A stretch of DNA of 64,000 nt, from positions 16,880-80,879 of IMG/VR virus record IMGVR_UViG_3300020138_000006; one strand, 5' to 3'. The notes below the pieces were generated by a model, which searched no databases, was not told where the DNA came from, and saw nothing but the letters and a program-made list of their open reading frames with translations. This DNA comes from a virus (Duplodnaviria > Caudoviricetes). This document shows positions 37,328 through 45,395 of the stretch, one piece after another (position 1 is the first letter of the stretch; each line of letters opens with the position of its first letter). The position numbers were made by a program, and so were the translations under genes.

Positions 37328-37506
37328 TGAGGTCGCCGGTGAAGCCTGTGATCGATCCCTCGGTTGAGATCGCATACCTGCACTGGCTCGCGGAGGAGGC
37401 GGTGGTCTCAGCGCCCGGGACGATCGCCTGGCGTCTCGCGGCGCACGGTTGGTTGATGGGCCGGGCGACTCGCCTGACGAGCACGACCAAGAAGAAGGAG
37501 AAGTGA
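37327..37506 (+). CDS. Hypothetical protein
   Basis: Hand-translated 59-aa ORF (MRSPVKPVIDPS...KKKEK), TGATG-coupled. Confidence 0.55.
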   Translation: MRSPVKPVIDPSVEIAYLHWLAEEAVVSAPGTIAWRLAAHGWLMGRATRLTSTTKKKEK

Positions 37507-37507
37507 G

Positions 37508-37816
37508 ATGGACGCACTGGAGTCGCTCGCCCTCGCCCTCATGCTCGGGGGCGCCGGGGCCTGCATCGCGGCGCTGGTGATCATGGGGGTTCTCTTGATC
37601 GTTCCCGCCACGGACAGGGTGGAGAAGGAGGTCCTGAACGGGCTGGACACTGCGAACGCGTTCGTGATGTACACCTACTGCGCCTGCAGTCTCGCGCTCG
37701 CCACCATCTATGCAGGTCGAGGCTCGTGGGCCGTTGCGGCCGTCCTTGTGGGAACTGCGGTACTCGTCTGGCTGAACACCCGCAAGCACACGCGGGGCAC
37801 CAAGGAGGAGGACTGA
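37508..37816 (+). CDS. Membrane protein (about 3 TM helices)
   Basis: Three hydrophobic stretches, basic C-terminus. Confidence 0.7.
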   Translation: MDALESLALALMLGGAGACIAALVIMGVLLIVPATDRVEKEVLNGLDTANAFVMYTYCACSLALATIYAGRGSWAVAAVLVGTAVLVWLNTRKHTRGTKEED

Positions 37817-38100
37817 TGGACGACTTGCAGATCTCTCCCGCCGTGCGCGCGATGCTCGCTGGAGGGACATCCGCCACGGCGCCGCTCGTCGAGTTCGTGG
37901 AGGCGTACTCCGTGGACGACAACCTGTGGTGGAAGACCGACTGCGGCCACCACCAGAACCTGTTCGAGGAGGCGTGTGATCGCCTGGAGGTCGCACTCAG
38001 CAAGCTGGAGGCGATCCGGCGCGTCCTCGACACGGAGCCGATCGGGTGGCGAGACCTGCGCGAGCCGATCAGGGCGGTGCTTGACGGGGTGACGGCATGA
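37816..38100 (+). CDS. Hypothetical protein
   Basis: ATG 37816 after GGAGGAGG. Confidence 0.7.
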   Translation: MDDLQISPAVRAMLAGGTSATAPLVEFVEAYSVDDNLWWKTDCGHHQNLFEEACDRLEVALSKLEAIRRVLDTEPIGWRDLREPIRAVLDGVTA

Positions 38101-38624
38101 AGCGCATCGCAGGGCGGGTCCTCGTCGGGATCCGTGAGCCCCTGGGAGGGGCTCTCCGTCGCGGGTACAAGGACTTCTCCGGGAAGCACTCGCAGATCGA
38201 GTACGACGACGGGGACGACGTCCAGCCAGCAGGTCTGGCCGAGGCGAACATCTACACCTCACAGATCCGCGACGACCCCAGGGGTCGGCACATGGTGATC
38301 TTGGACCTGGACGTGCCCGTCCAGGTGTTCCACTCGGCCAACCCGGGGCACAGTCACCTCTACATCGAGAAGCCCGTCGACGCTGACGACTACTTCCACC
38401 TGATGGGTCTGCTCGTCAGGATGGGCATCGTCGAGCAGGGGTACCTGGGAGCTTCGCTCAGTCGTGGGTACGGGGTCCTGCGTGCTCCGTGGATGCCGAA
38501 GAAGAAGGTGACTCGACCCCTGGGGGGACTCCTCGCGGAGGAGGCGCGCAGGAAGGCTGAGGAAGCCCGCGAGTCCCAGTTGTTGGCAGACGCCATGGCC
38601 TACAAGGCTCTGCTGGCGGCATGA
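38097..38624 (+). CDS. Hypothetical protein with AEP-like motifs
   Basis: VILDLD and S.NPGHSHLY; ends YKALLAA. Confidence 0.65.
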   Translation: MKRIAGRVLVGIREPLGGALRRGYKDFSGKHSQIEYDDGDDVQPAGLAEANIYTSQIRDDPRGRHMVILDLDVPVQVFHSANPGHSHLYIEKPVDADDYFHLMGLLVRMGIVEQGYLGASLSRGYGVLRAPWMPKKKVTRPLGGLLAEEARRKAEEARESQLLADAMAYKALLAA

Positions 38625-38625
38625 G

Positions 38626-40311
38626 TCACGCGGCGTGATGACGCAGGTCAAGCAACTGAGACACCGTGTGGATAACGGCGAAGTCCCCCTCCGGACACGA
38701 CTTATCCACACCACCCGAGGCCAGGGCTTCCGCGAGGAGGCTCTGGCCTTCGTGGTTGTAGATGAGGCGCAGTCCGAGGCCGGCGTAGACCTCGGCCTTC
38801 CGCTCGGGGGTCGCCGTGCGCAGCAGGCCAGCCATGCCACCCACCCGCTCGATGAGCTCGGCCACCTGCTCGGCCGAGAGGGCGTCCTGGGGGCACGACG
38901 TGTCGGCGATGCGCCGCTTCAGATCAGCCACCTGCGCCTCACGCTCCGCCAGCGCCTTCGTGATGGCGTCGGAGATGGTGCCGGATTCGATGACGGACAC
39001 CAGGTTAGAGACCTTGTCCTGGGCGTCCCGGAGATGCTTGCGCAGGAGGCCGAGCCCTGCTGGTGGCTGTGCAACCTCCTGCGTGGAGGCCAGCCACTCG
39101 GGGTCAGCCAGGGTGTTGACGATCCAGTCGTCGACGACCTTCTCCAGCCGGTCGGCGCTCACCGAGACGGTCTTTGGGTGCTGAAGGTCAGCGGGAAGGG
39201 AGCGACGGCCCCGGGTGTCGCAGCGGTAGAGGACTCCCCAGGGGCGCTTCTCTGCCTGCATCCGGTGCTCGCACGCGGCGCAGTAAAGCATCCCGCGCAT
39301 CGGGTAGGTGTTGACGGTGGTGCGTGGCTTGCGGCTCCCGGGTGCGCCAGGGTGCGCGAGACGGTCTTGCACGGCGGCGATGGTCTGTTCGTCCACGAGG
39401 GCTTCGTGCGTGCGCTCAGCGGGCCGTACCCAGCCTTCCTGGCCCTTCCAGCGCATCCGCGTCTCGTACCCGGCGGCGATGTCGTCGAGGTCCAGGAGTC
39501 GCTCGAACTTCTCCTGCTTCCCCCAGACGCGGGTGCCGGAGTAGGTGGGGTTGGCGAGGATGGCCCGCACGGCGCTGTGCGACCAGCCTCGGGGGTCCCG
39601 GTGGGAGTTACGGGCCCGGTCGTGCTGGGACGGGGATGGGATGCCTTCGGCGGTCAACAGGTCGGCGATCCCACGGAAGCCTGTGCCGGCGATGTAGAGG
39701 TCGAAGATGCGCGTCACGACGGTGGACGTGACTGGGTCCGGCGCGAGCTTGTGTGCGCGCTGCCCGGAGGCGGCCTTGGCTGGGTTCGGGTGGGGCCCGG
39801 CGTCGACGAGCATGTACCCGTAGGGTGGGCGACCGCCGAGGTGCCGATCGGTTGTGGCGGCGAGGGCTTCCATCGAGGCTCGGGTGCGGATGCGGATGCG
39901 GGAACGCTCGCCCTTCGCCATCCCGCCGAACATCGTCATCATCATCTCGTGCAGGTCGGAGTCGGGTTCGACGAGGCCTCCGACGTCGGGGATGAACAGC
40001 GAGACCCCGTGGTGGGTCAGCAGGGGGAACGTCAGGGAGAACTGGTTGCCGTAGAAGGCACGCTGGGGTTCTCCGACGACGACACCGTCGAACCGACGGT
40101 CAGCACGTGCTGCTTCCGCGAGGAGCTCGGCGGCTTGGGGGCGCCTCTTCCACGGGATGGAACGCGACTGCCCGATGTCGAAGAACTCGACGCTGACGGC
40201 ATGCCCGAGGGACCGTACGCAGTCCAGGGCTCGTCGGATCTGCCATTCGCGGGAGGCTTCGGGGTCCTGTGCGTCTTCCGTCGACACGCGGCCGTAGAAG
40301 GCGAGGTCCAT
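38626..40311 (-). CDS. int: Large serine recombinase (integrase)
   Basis: YGRVSTED catalytic Ser motif, recombinase domain (GGRPPYGY), Zn ribbon CAAC...YRC, coiled coil; 561 aa. Confidence 0.95.
   Translation of the reverse strand: MDLAFYGRVSTEDAQDPEASREWQIRRALDCVRSLGHAVSVEFFDIGQSRSIPWKRRPQAAELLAEAARADRRFDGVVVGEPQRAFYGNQFSLTFPLLTHHGVSLFIPDVGGLVEPDSDLHEMMMTMFGGMAKGERSRIRIRTRASMEALAATTDRHLGGRPPYGYMLVDAGPHPNPAKAASGQRAHKLAPDPVTSTVVTRIFDLYIAGTGFRGIADLLTAEGIPSPSQHDRARNSHRDPRGWSHSAVRAILANPTYSGTRVWGKQEKFERLLDLDDIAAGYETRMRWKGQEGWVRPAERTHEALVDEQTIAAVQDRLAHPGAPGSRKPRTTVNTYPMRGMLYCAACEHRMQAEKRPWGVLYRCDTRGRRSLPADLQHPKTVSVSADRLEKVVDDWIVNTLADPEWLASTQEVAQPPAGLGLLRKHLRDAQDKVSNLVSVIESGTISDAITKALAEREAQVADLKRRIADTSCPQDALSAEQVAELIERVGGMAGLLRTATPERKAEVYAGLGLRLIYNHEGQSLLAEALASGGVDKSCPEGDFAVIHTVSQLLDLRHHAA
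38666..38711. mobile_element. Putative attP within integrase 3' end
   Basis: 10-bp inverted repeat GTGTGGATAA/TTATCCACAC around AAGTCCCCCTCCGGACAC (38681-38698), which has tRNA 3'-end architecture; symmetry centre CC at 38688-38689. Confidence 0.78.
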
Positions 40312-40463
40312 CAGTCGACCTCCTGCTGGACAGCCTCCTGCAGGAGCTTCAGCAGCGCGCGGCCTGCCTTGTCGGGTGGCGTGTACGCCACTGGGGGCAC
40401 GAACCGGACGTCACGAGAGACGGCTTCGTTCCATGTCTTGTCGTGCTTGTTCTGCTCCGCCAT
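40311..40463 (-). CDS. Small protein coupled to integrase (candidate RDF/regulator)
   Basis: ATG 40463 (MAEQNKHD...QQEVD), TGATG overlap with the int start. Confidence 0.55.
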   Translation of the reverse strand: MAEQNKHDKTWNEAVSRDVRFVPPVAYTPPDKAGRALLKLLQEAVQQEVD

Positions 40464-40509
40464 GTCCGCATGGTCGGCGACGCGACGGTGGTCTGTCACG
40501 CCGGTGAGA

Positions 40510-40531
40510 TCTCCGCTACAGCGCAAAACGC
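40510..40531. promoter_or_regulatory. Degenerate operator-like site in int divergent region
   Basis: TCTCCGCTACAGCGCAAAACGC: the operator with a 2-nt insertion, sharing the GCGCAAAACGC flank of the 29948 copy. Confidence 0.35.
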
Positions 40532-40605
40532 AGGCGCGTGACTTGTGCACCAGGCTCCTTCACCATTCAGACATGACCTGTTTCAGCACGTCGATCGCCT
40601 GCAGT

Positions 40606-40707
40606 GTGAAGCGCGCGCTGACGGTGGCCGTGATCGGCCTGGTTGCCTATGTCGCTCTTGCGGTCGCCGTGACTGGCACCGTCCTGCAGCTCGCCGAGGA
40701 GGACTGA
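40606..40707 (+). CDS. Small membrane peptide
   Basis: MKRALTVAVIGLVAYVALAVAVTGTVLQLAEED; alternative start 40573. Confidence 0.5.
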   Translation: MKRALTVAVIGLVAYVALAVAVTGTVLQLAEED

Positions 40708-40709
40708 CG

Positions 40710-41018
40710 GTGCGCAACATCCCGCCGCTCTACCACTGGTCGCCGTCGCGGAACCGGACCTCGATCCGACGCGAGGGTCTGCGACCGACGTGCCCGCACA
40801 TGGGTCGCCTGACCGTCTGTCTCGGGATTTCCCCGGCGGAGGCGTGGGCCTTGTCCGGCGCTCATCGACCCGAGGAGGGCCCGTGGGACCTGTGGCAGGT
40901 TCACGTGGCTGACACGCCCGTGTTCAAGAGTCCGCACTGGGGGCGTTACGCAGAGCTGCGCATCCCACGGCAGATCGACCCGGTCGGCTTGGTCTACGTC
41001 GGGAGCAGGGGACGGTGA
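40710..41018 (+). CDS. Putative ADP-ribosyltransferase-fold protein
   Basis: LYHWSP...SIRREGLRP, VCL, DLWQV, ELRI: Tpt1/KptA/DarT-like motif order. Confidence 0.55.
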   Translation: MRNIPPLYHWSPSRNRTSIRREGLRPTCPHMGRLTVCLGISPAEAWALSGAHRPEEGPWDLWQVHVADTPVFKSPHWGRYAELRIPRQIDPVGLVYVGSRGR

Positions 41019-41329
41019 AGGCGACCGAGATACCGCCCGCATCCAGGGAGGCCGTGCATCAGCGGGACCAGCGCTGCTGCCGGTTCTGCGGACGGGGCGA
41101 TCTGCGGCTGGAACTGCACCACATCGTGTACCGCTCCCAGGAGCGCAACAACCATGACCCGGGGAACCTGATCTCCCTGTGCTACGGGTGCCACCGCCGA
41201 GCTCACACATACCCGAATACGGTGCGGCCGGCCCTGCAGGCGGTGGTCTTGACGCCCTGGCAGACCGGTGCGGCTTGGCTCCGGCACCAGGGGATCGACC
41301 TGGCTTCGCTGTCGGGCGGGACGTTGTAG
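41015..41329 (+). CDS. HNH endonuclease
   Basis: RDQRCCRFCG...LHHIVYRSQ...NLISLCYGCHRRAH. Confidence 0.9.
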   Translation: MKATEIPPASREAVHQRDQRCCRFCGRGDLRLELHHIVYRSQERNNHDPGNLISLCYGCHRRAHTYPNTVRPALQAVVLTPWQTGAAWLRHQGIDLASLSGGTL

Positions 41330-41346
41330 GCCGGGCAGAAACACGA

Positions 41347-41387
41347 AAAGCGCCCCACCGCCGTTCGATCTGGCGGTGGGGCGCTTT
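41347..41387. terminator. Bidirectional terminator at convergence of the two arms
   Basis: 16-bp perfect stem AAAGCGCCCCACCGCC / GGCGGTGGGGCGCTTT. Confidence 0.85.
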
Positions 41388-41390
41388 CTG

Positions 41391-41807
41391 CTACTCGAAC
41401 TCTTCGGGTGTGAGGTGGACGGGGTGGTCGCGGGGGAGGCTGCACACGTCGCTGCCGCCGTCGCGCATCACCATCGCGCCGCAGAGGTCGCCGTCTGCGG
41501 CGCGGGGCGCCTCCCAGGCATGGGGCTCCTCGACGTCCGTGCTCTTGGCCTCGCTCTTGACTTCCTTGCGGTAGTCCTGCAGCGGCAGGGTCGGGATCGC
41601 TCGAACGGCCAGGATCGCCTTCTCCAGGTCGTCTCGGTCGCGACGGGCGACGGCAAGGTTCCGCTCGGCGGTTGCCAGCTGGTAGCGGGCCACGATGAGG
41701 TCGTTCTCGGCCTTGCTCACGGCGTCGCGCGCAGGCCGGCGCGCTCCTTCCAGGGACTTCAGCGCGAGGTCCTTGCCGCGCCCTCCGCCGACTGCCTCGA
41801 TCTTCAC
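41391..41807 (-). CDS. Hypothetical coiled-coil protein
   Basis: 138 aa; C-terminal C...C...H..H. Confidence 0.7.
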   Translation of the reverse strand: MKIEAVGGGRGKDLALKSLEGARRPARDAVSKAENDLIVARYQLATAERNLAVARRDRDDLEKAILAVRAIPTLPLQDYRKEVKSEAKSTDVEEPHAWEAPRAADGDLCGAMVMRDGGSDVCSLPRDHPVHLTPEEFE

Positions 41808-42004
41808 TCTGTGACCTCACCTTCGGTTTCAGGACTGACGTAGTGCTCGAAGAGGAACTCGTCCTCGGCAGTCGACGGCCCGCGACCTGTCCTCGTGACC
41901 ACCGTCTTCAGCACTCGATAGGGCATGTTCAGGGGCAGGACGACGGGGTGGCCCCTGTCGCCCTTGATGTGGAACTCGTGGCGCACTCGGGAATCCGGGA
42001 TCAC
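41804..42004 (-). CDS. Hypothetical protein
   Basis: 66 aa, coupled. Confidence 0.6.
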   Translation of the reverse strand: MIPDSRVRHEFHIKGDRGHPVVLPLNMPYRVLKTVVTRTGRGPSTAEDEFLFEHYVSPETEGEVTE

Positions 42005-42129
42005 TCTGCCACCCCCTCGTGGGGAGCTGAGGTGTTCTGCACGATCGCCAGTGTTTCGTGGAGGATGCGAAGCTGTGCTTCGGTAAACTCGACCCTCACG
42101 GTCTGACCGTGCCTTTCTCGACCTGCCAT
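42001..42129 (-). CDS. Hypothetical protein
   Basis: Hand-translated 42 aa (MAGRERHGQ...GVAE) with GAGGAGG RBS. Confidence 0.5.
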   Translation of the reverse strand: MAGRERHGQTVRVEFTEAQLRILHETLAIVQNTSAPHEGVAE

Positions 42130-42132
42130 GCC

Positions 42133-42341
42133 TCAGTCCTCCTCGGTCTCGAACCCATTCGCCGTTGCCCAGAGTTCCCAGACTTCACGCGCGAGGGAGA
42201 GCTTGTCGTGCCCGTAGAAATCACCCCACGAATGATCCAGCCGTACCCGCTGGGGAACATCTGGCCGATGCAGGCGCCGCTCTCGCGGTCGTACAGATCC
42301 CCGTTGAGCTTCAGGACGTAAGGCTTCTTTCCCCAGCTCAC
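42133..42341 (-). pseudogene. Small gene with an apparent internal frameshift
   Basis: Good codon usage switches frame near 42230 (MSWGKKPY...GWI to SWGDFYGHD...ETEED). Confidence 0.4.
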
Positions 42342-42703
42342 TCCCCCTCTTCTCCTCGGACCGCTGCGAGGACGTCGGGCGCGAGGGCGTAGCGCGCGAG
42401 GTGCTTGTCCACCGCGGGCTGCAGCCACTCGGGCAGAGCGAGACCCCTGCTGGAGATCCCGTAGTTGGTCCAGCGCTTACCCACCTCCTGGGCCCCCAGT
42501 GTTCCGTCCTTCTTCAGGTTCGACCCGCGGATCGAGACATGGGTCACCTGCGCCCCGTCGTCCACGATCACGAGGGTGTCGGGGCGGAAGGTGCGGCGAG
42601 CTCCGTAGTCGTCCTGCATCTCCGGCCCATCTTCGATCGCGTACGTGGCGGAGTTGCTGTAGTCGCTCCGGTGGAATGTCTGGTCGAACGTGGTCATTTC
42701 CAT
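42338..42703 (-). CDS. Hypothetical protein
   Basis: 121 aa. Confidence 0.7.
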   Translation of the reverse strand: MEMTTFDQTFHRSDYSNSATYAIEDGPEMQDDYGARRTFRPDTLVIVDDGAQVTHVSIRGSNLKKDGTLGAQEVGKRWTNYGISSRGLALPEWLQPAVDKHLARYALAPDVLAAVRGEEGE

Positions 42704-42921
42704 CCCTTCTCTCGGGCGAGGTTCATCACGGCCTCGACGATCGGGCCGGTATCGATGTCCGGGGCCGCGTTGTCGATCGCCTCGGCGATCTCCTCACGGA
42801 CCCTCTTGCGCCGCCGCAGCGCGGCGGTGTGCTTGAAGGTCGGGAACCTCTCCTCGACCAAGTCTTCCGTCCACTCGGTGGACGAAGGGACGATCCCCGC
42901 GTTGAACGGCTCGCGGCCCAT
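42694..42921 (-). CDS. Hypothetical protein
   Basis: 75 aa, coupled to ruvB. Confidence 0.65.
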   Translation of the reverse strand: MGREPFNAGIVPSSTEWTEDLVEERFPTFKHTAALRRRKRVREEIAEAIDNAAPDIDTGPIVEAVMNLAREKGWK

Positions 42922-43937
42922 CAGTCGGCCGCCAGTTCCATCGCGCGATCGAGACCCTCAGGGGTGAGCTCCCGGCCCTGAGCGCAGATCCGGATGTACC
43001 CCTTCTGCAGGAGCAGCTTCTCGGTGTGACGCGGGAACGTCGGCTCACCGAGCGCCTGTGCGATCGTCTTCTCGCCGGCACGTCCTGACGGGGAGATCGC
43101 CAGGACACTGAGGAACTCCTGCGCGGTGCGGTCGAGACCGTCGTGCGTCAGCTTCGACCAGGCGAACATCTTGTCCATCGGGTAGCAGTTCGTCACCCAG
43201 GAGTCGACCGGCTGCGGGTAGTCGAGGATCGAGTCCCGCAGGATCCGGACGAGCTGGGTGATGACGCGAGGGTTCTTGTTCGACGCCGAGACGATCGCCT
43301 CACGGTTGAACTCGCCAGGCGGCTGCAGCCCGACCTCGCGGAACAGCCGACGGCCCATGAGGTCGACGATCTTGTCGGCCTCCTCGTCCGTGTACGACTC
43401 CAGTACGGGCTTCACCGTGAACCTGGACAGCACCGCCTCGGGCAGCTTCTGCGCGTCGGTCGTCGCCCCGATCACCGTGACCTTCGGGACGGAGTGCACA
43501 CCGGCGGGTGTGACGATGACGCCGTCCTGGAGGAACGACAGGAGCCACTCGGACTTGGCGCGACCGCCCGAGACCATGAGGTGGATCTCGTCGAGGAAGA
43601 GGATGTCGCCGTCCTGCATGGCGCTGAGGGCGCGCAGTGCGTCGTTGACGTCGACGGCGCCCTGGAGCTCGGCCAGGCCGACGTCCAGGTCCTGTGCGAT
43701 GAGTCGCACGAGCGCGGACTTGCCGATGCCGGCCTGGCCGGAGGCGATCAGCGTGTGGTCCATGCGGGTCTTGCGGATCTTCGCGGACCGTGCTGCCGCT
43801 CGCAGGAAGGCCTTCGCCTCGGACTGTCCGACGTAGGCGTCCCAGGTGCGGGGGTAGTCGGTGCCGTCGAAGAGGGCGTCGCCACGCTTGACCGTGGACG
43901 CTGCTCGCGCCGCGAGGCGCTCTCGCATGCTCGCCAT
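42921..43937 (-). CDS. ruvB: RuvB-like Holliday junction branch-migration AAA+ ATPase
   Basis: YVGQ, DHTL, GQAGIGKS, FLDEIH, IGATT, SRF, NPR, GLD...LLQKGYI....GRELT across the full length. Confidence 0.88.
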   Translation of the reverse strand: MASMRERLAARAASTVKRGDALFDGTDYPRTWDAYVGQSEAKAFLRAAARSAKIRKTRMDHTLIASGQAGIGKSALVRLIAQDLDVGLAELQGAVDVNDALRALSAMQDGDILFLDEIHLMVSGGRAKSEWLLSFLQDGVIVTPAGVHSVPKVTVIGATTDAQKLPEAVLSRFTVKPVLESYTDEEADKIVDLMGRRLFREVGLQPPGEFNREAIVSASNKNPRVITQLVRILRDSILDYPQPVDSWVTNCYPMDKMFAWSKLTHDGLDRTAQEFLSVLAISPSGRAGEKTIAQALGEPTFPRHTEKLLLQKGYIRICAQGRELTPEGLDRAMELAAD

Positions 43938-44392
43938 CAGATCCCCTCCTCGTCGGGGAAGAGGTCCAGGCCGGCCGCCAGCACGACGGAGCTGATGTCC
44001 GCCACGTACCCACCATCGATGAACTCCGCCACGATGTACGTGTTGTTGAGCTTCTCCGCAAGGATGGACGACGGCTCATGTCGCTCCACACTCGCAGTCA
44101 GGTGCACCGTGACGGTGTCAGGGCGCGCTGCCTCCTTCAGGAGGGCGAGCGAGCGGTGGTCATCGGACGAGGTGTCCTCGACCGAACCACGAGGCAGCGT
44201 GGACCCGACCTGCAGGTCTGGGTGCATGGCGGCGAGCACCTCCAGTCGAGCGATGGCCCGGCTGGCGATGCGCAGTTCGGTGTCGAAAGTCGAGATCGGT
44301 GTGTCGGGACGGGCCCGCTCCATCTGCAGGGTGAGTGCGGCGAGCGCGTTGCGAGCGGCTTCGAGCCGGGCTTCCAGTGTCATGTGGGTCAT
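43937..44392 (-). CDS. Hypothetical protein
   Basis: 151 aa, N-terminal coiled coil. Confidence 0.7.
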   Translation of the reverse strand: MTHMTLEARLEAARNALAALTLQMERARPDTPISTFDTELRIASRAIARLEVLAAMHPDLQVGSTLPRGSVEDTSSDDHRSLALLKEAARPDTVTVHLTASVERHEPSSILAEKLNNTYIVAEFIDGGYVADISSVVLAAGLDLFPDEEGI

Positions 44393-45372
44393 GCTGCTCC
44401 CTTCTCCAGGAACTTCTTGGCCAGTTCGGCCAGCGACTTGTTGAGGACGTCGACGTTCGCACCGGTCATGGTGATCTGGTCACCGAGCAGCGACGAGTAG
44501 CGTTCGGCGCGGTCGACGAGCGCGCGATGCTGGCTGAGCAGCCGGGCGTAGAGCTTGGGTGTCGGGTTGTTGCGGGCCTTGCTGATGGCCTCGATGAGGT
44601 CGAGGATGTCGCGGTCGTTCTCTTCGCGGAACGCGAGCACGAGCCGGTCTCGCTGGTCAGCGAGGTCGACGAGCGGGACCAGGTCGATGTGACAGCCCTC
44701 CAGGGTGGAGATCGCACGGGAGAACCGATGCAGCTCGTCGGCATGAGCGATGGGCACGAAGTGCACGCTGGGCTTGAGCTGCACCGACTCCAGCGCGTTG
44801 CGGAGGTGGTCGAGGATCATGGAACGCACCTTGGCGCCGTCGAGCGCCTCGCGATACCGCGTGTAGTCGTTCTTGATCCGTGCGAGGAACGGCTTCAGCC
44901 GCTCTCGTTCGAGTTCGGAAGAGTCGGGGGCGATCTTCCAGAACGGGCCACGCGCGCTCTCCTCGTCGATGATGCCGTTGCGACGCACCGGCCTGTGCAG
45001 CTGGATCTCTCCCAGCCGCTCCCAGTCGGTCAGGCGGTGACCGCCGTCGTCGCGCTTGTGACGCATGACCTGGCGCGCGATGACCTCAGGGTTGAGCACT
45101 GAGACCTCCTCCAGGCGGATGACGGCCGTGACTTGTGCGGACAGTGGGAACTGGTACTTCTCGTTGCGACCGCCCGTGGCCTTCTTGAAGGCGTTGACGG
45201 CGCCGGTGGTGTCCGGCACCCGGACGTGCTCCAGGTCGTTCTGTCTGAACGCCTCGATCAGGGCGTCGCGGTCGTGTTCGCCGTCCGCCCCGGTGGACAG
45301 CGCGATGTAGCCGAGCAGGGCGTCCTCTGGGAGCCGGCCCGATGATGTCAGGTACTTGCTCAGCGCGCTCAT
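44389..45372 (-). CDS. DUF6744-like protein (partner of AAA/VWA pair)
   Basis: LLGYI...AVNAFKKAT...VRSMILDHL...VHFVP...L; resemblance recalled, not searched. Confidence 0.6.
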   Translation of the reverse strand: MSALSKYLTSSGRLPEDALLGYIALSTGADGEHDRDALIEAFRQNDLEHVRVPDTTGAVNAFKKATGGRNEKYQFPLSAQVTAVIRLEEVSVLNPEVIARQVMRHKRDDGGHRLTDWERLGEIQLHRPVRRNGIIDEESARGPFWKIAPDSSELERERLKPFLARIKNDYTRYREALDGAKVRSMILDHLRNALESVQLKPSVHFVPIAHADELHRFSRAISTLEGCHIDLVPLVDLADQRDRLVLAFREENDRDILDLIEAISKARNNPTPKLYARLLSQHRALVDRAERYSSLLGDQITMTGANVDVLNKSLAELAKKFLEKGAA

Positions 45373-45395
45373 GCGCCCTCCTTTCTGCAGGCACG

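Noticed and set aside
38635-40707. 690-aa plus-strand ORF antisense to the integrase (and similar long antisense ORFs at 7469-8872, 12809-14674, 16401-18068, 55086-56732)
   Set aside because: Shadow ORFs expected in high-GC DNA; no motifs; the opposite strand holds clear genes.
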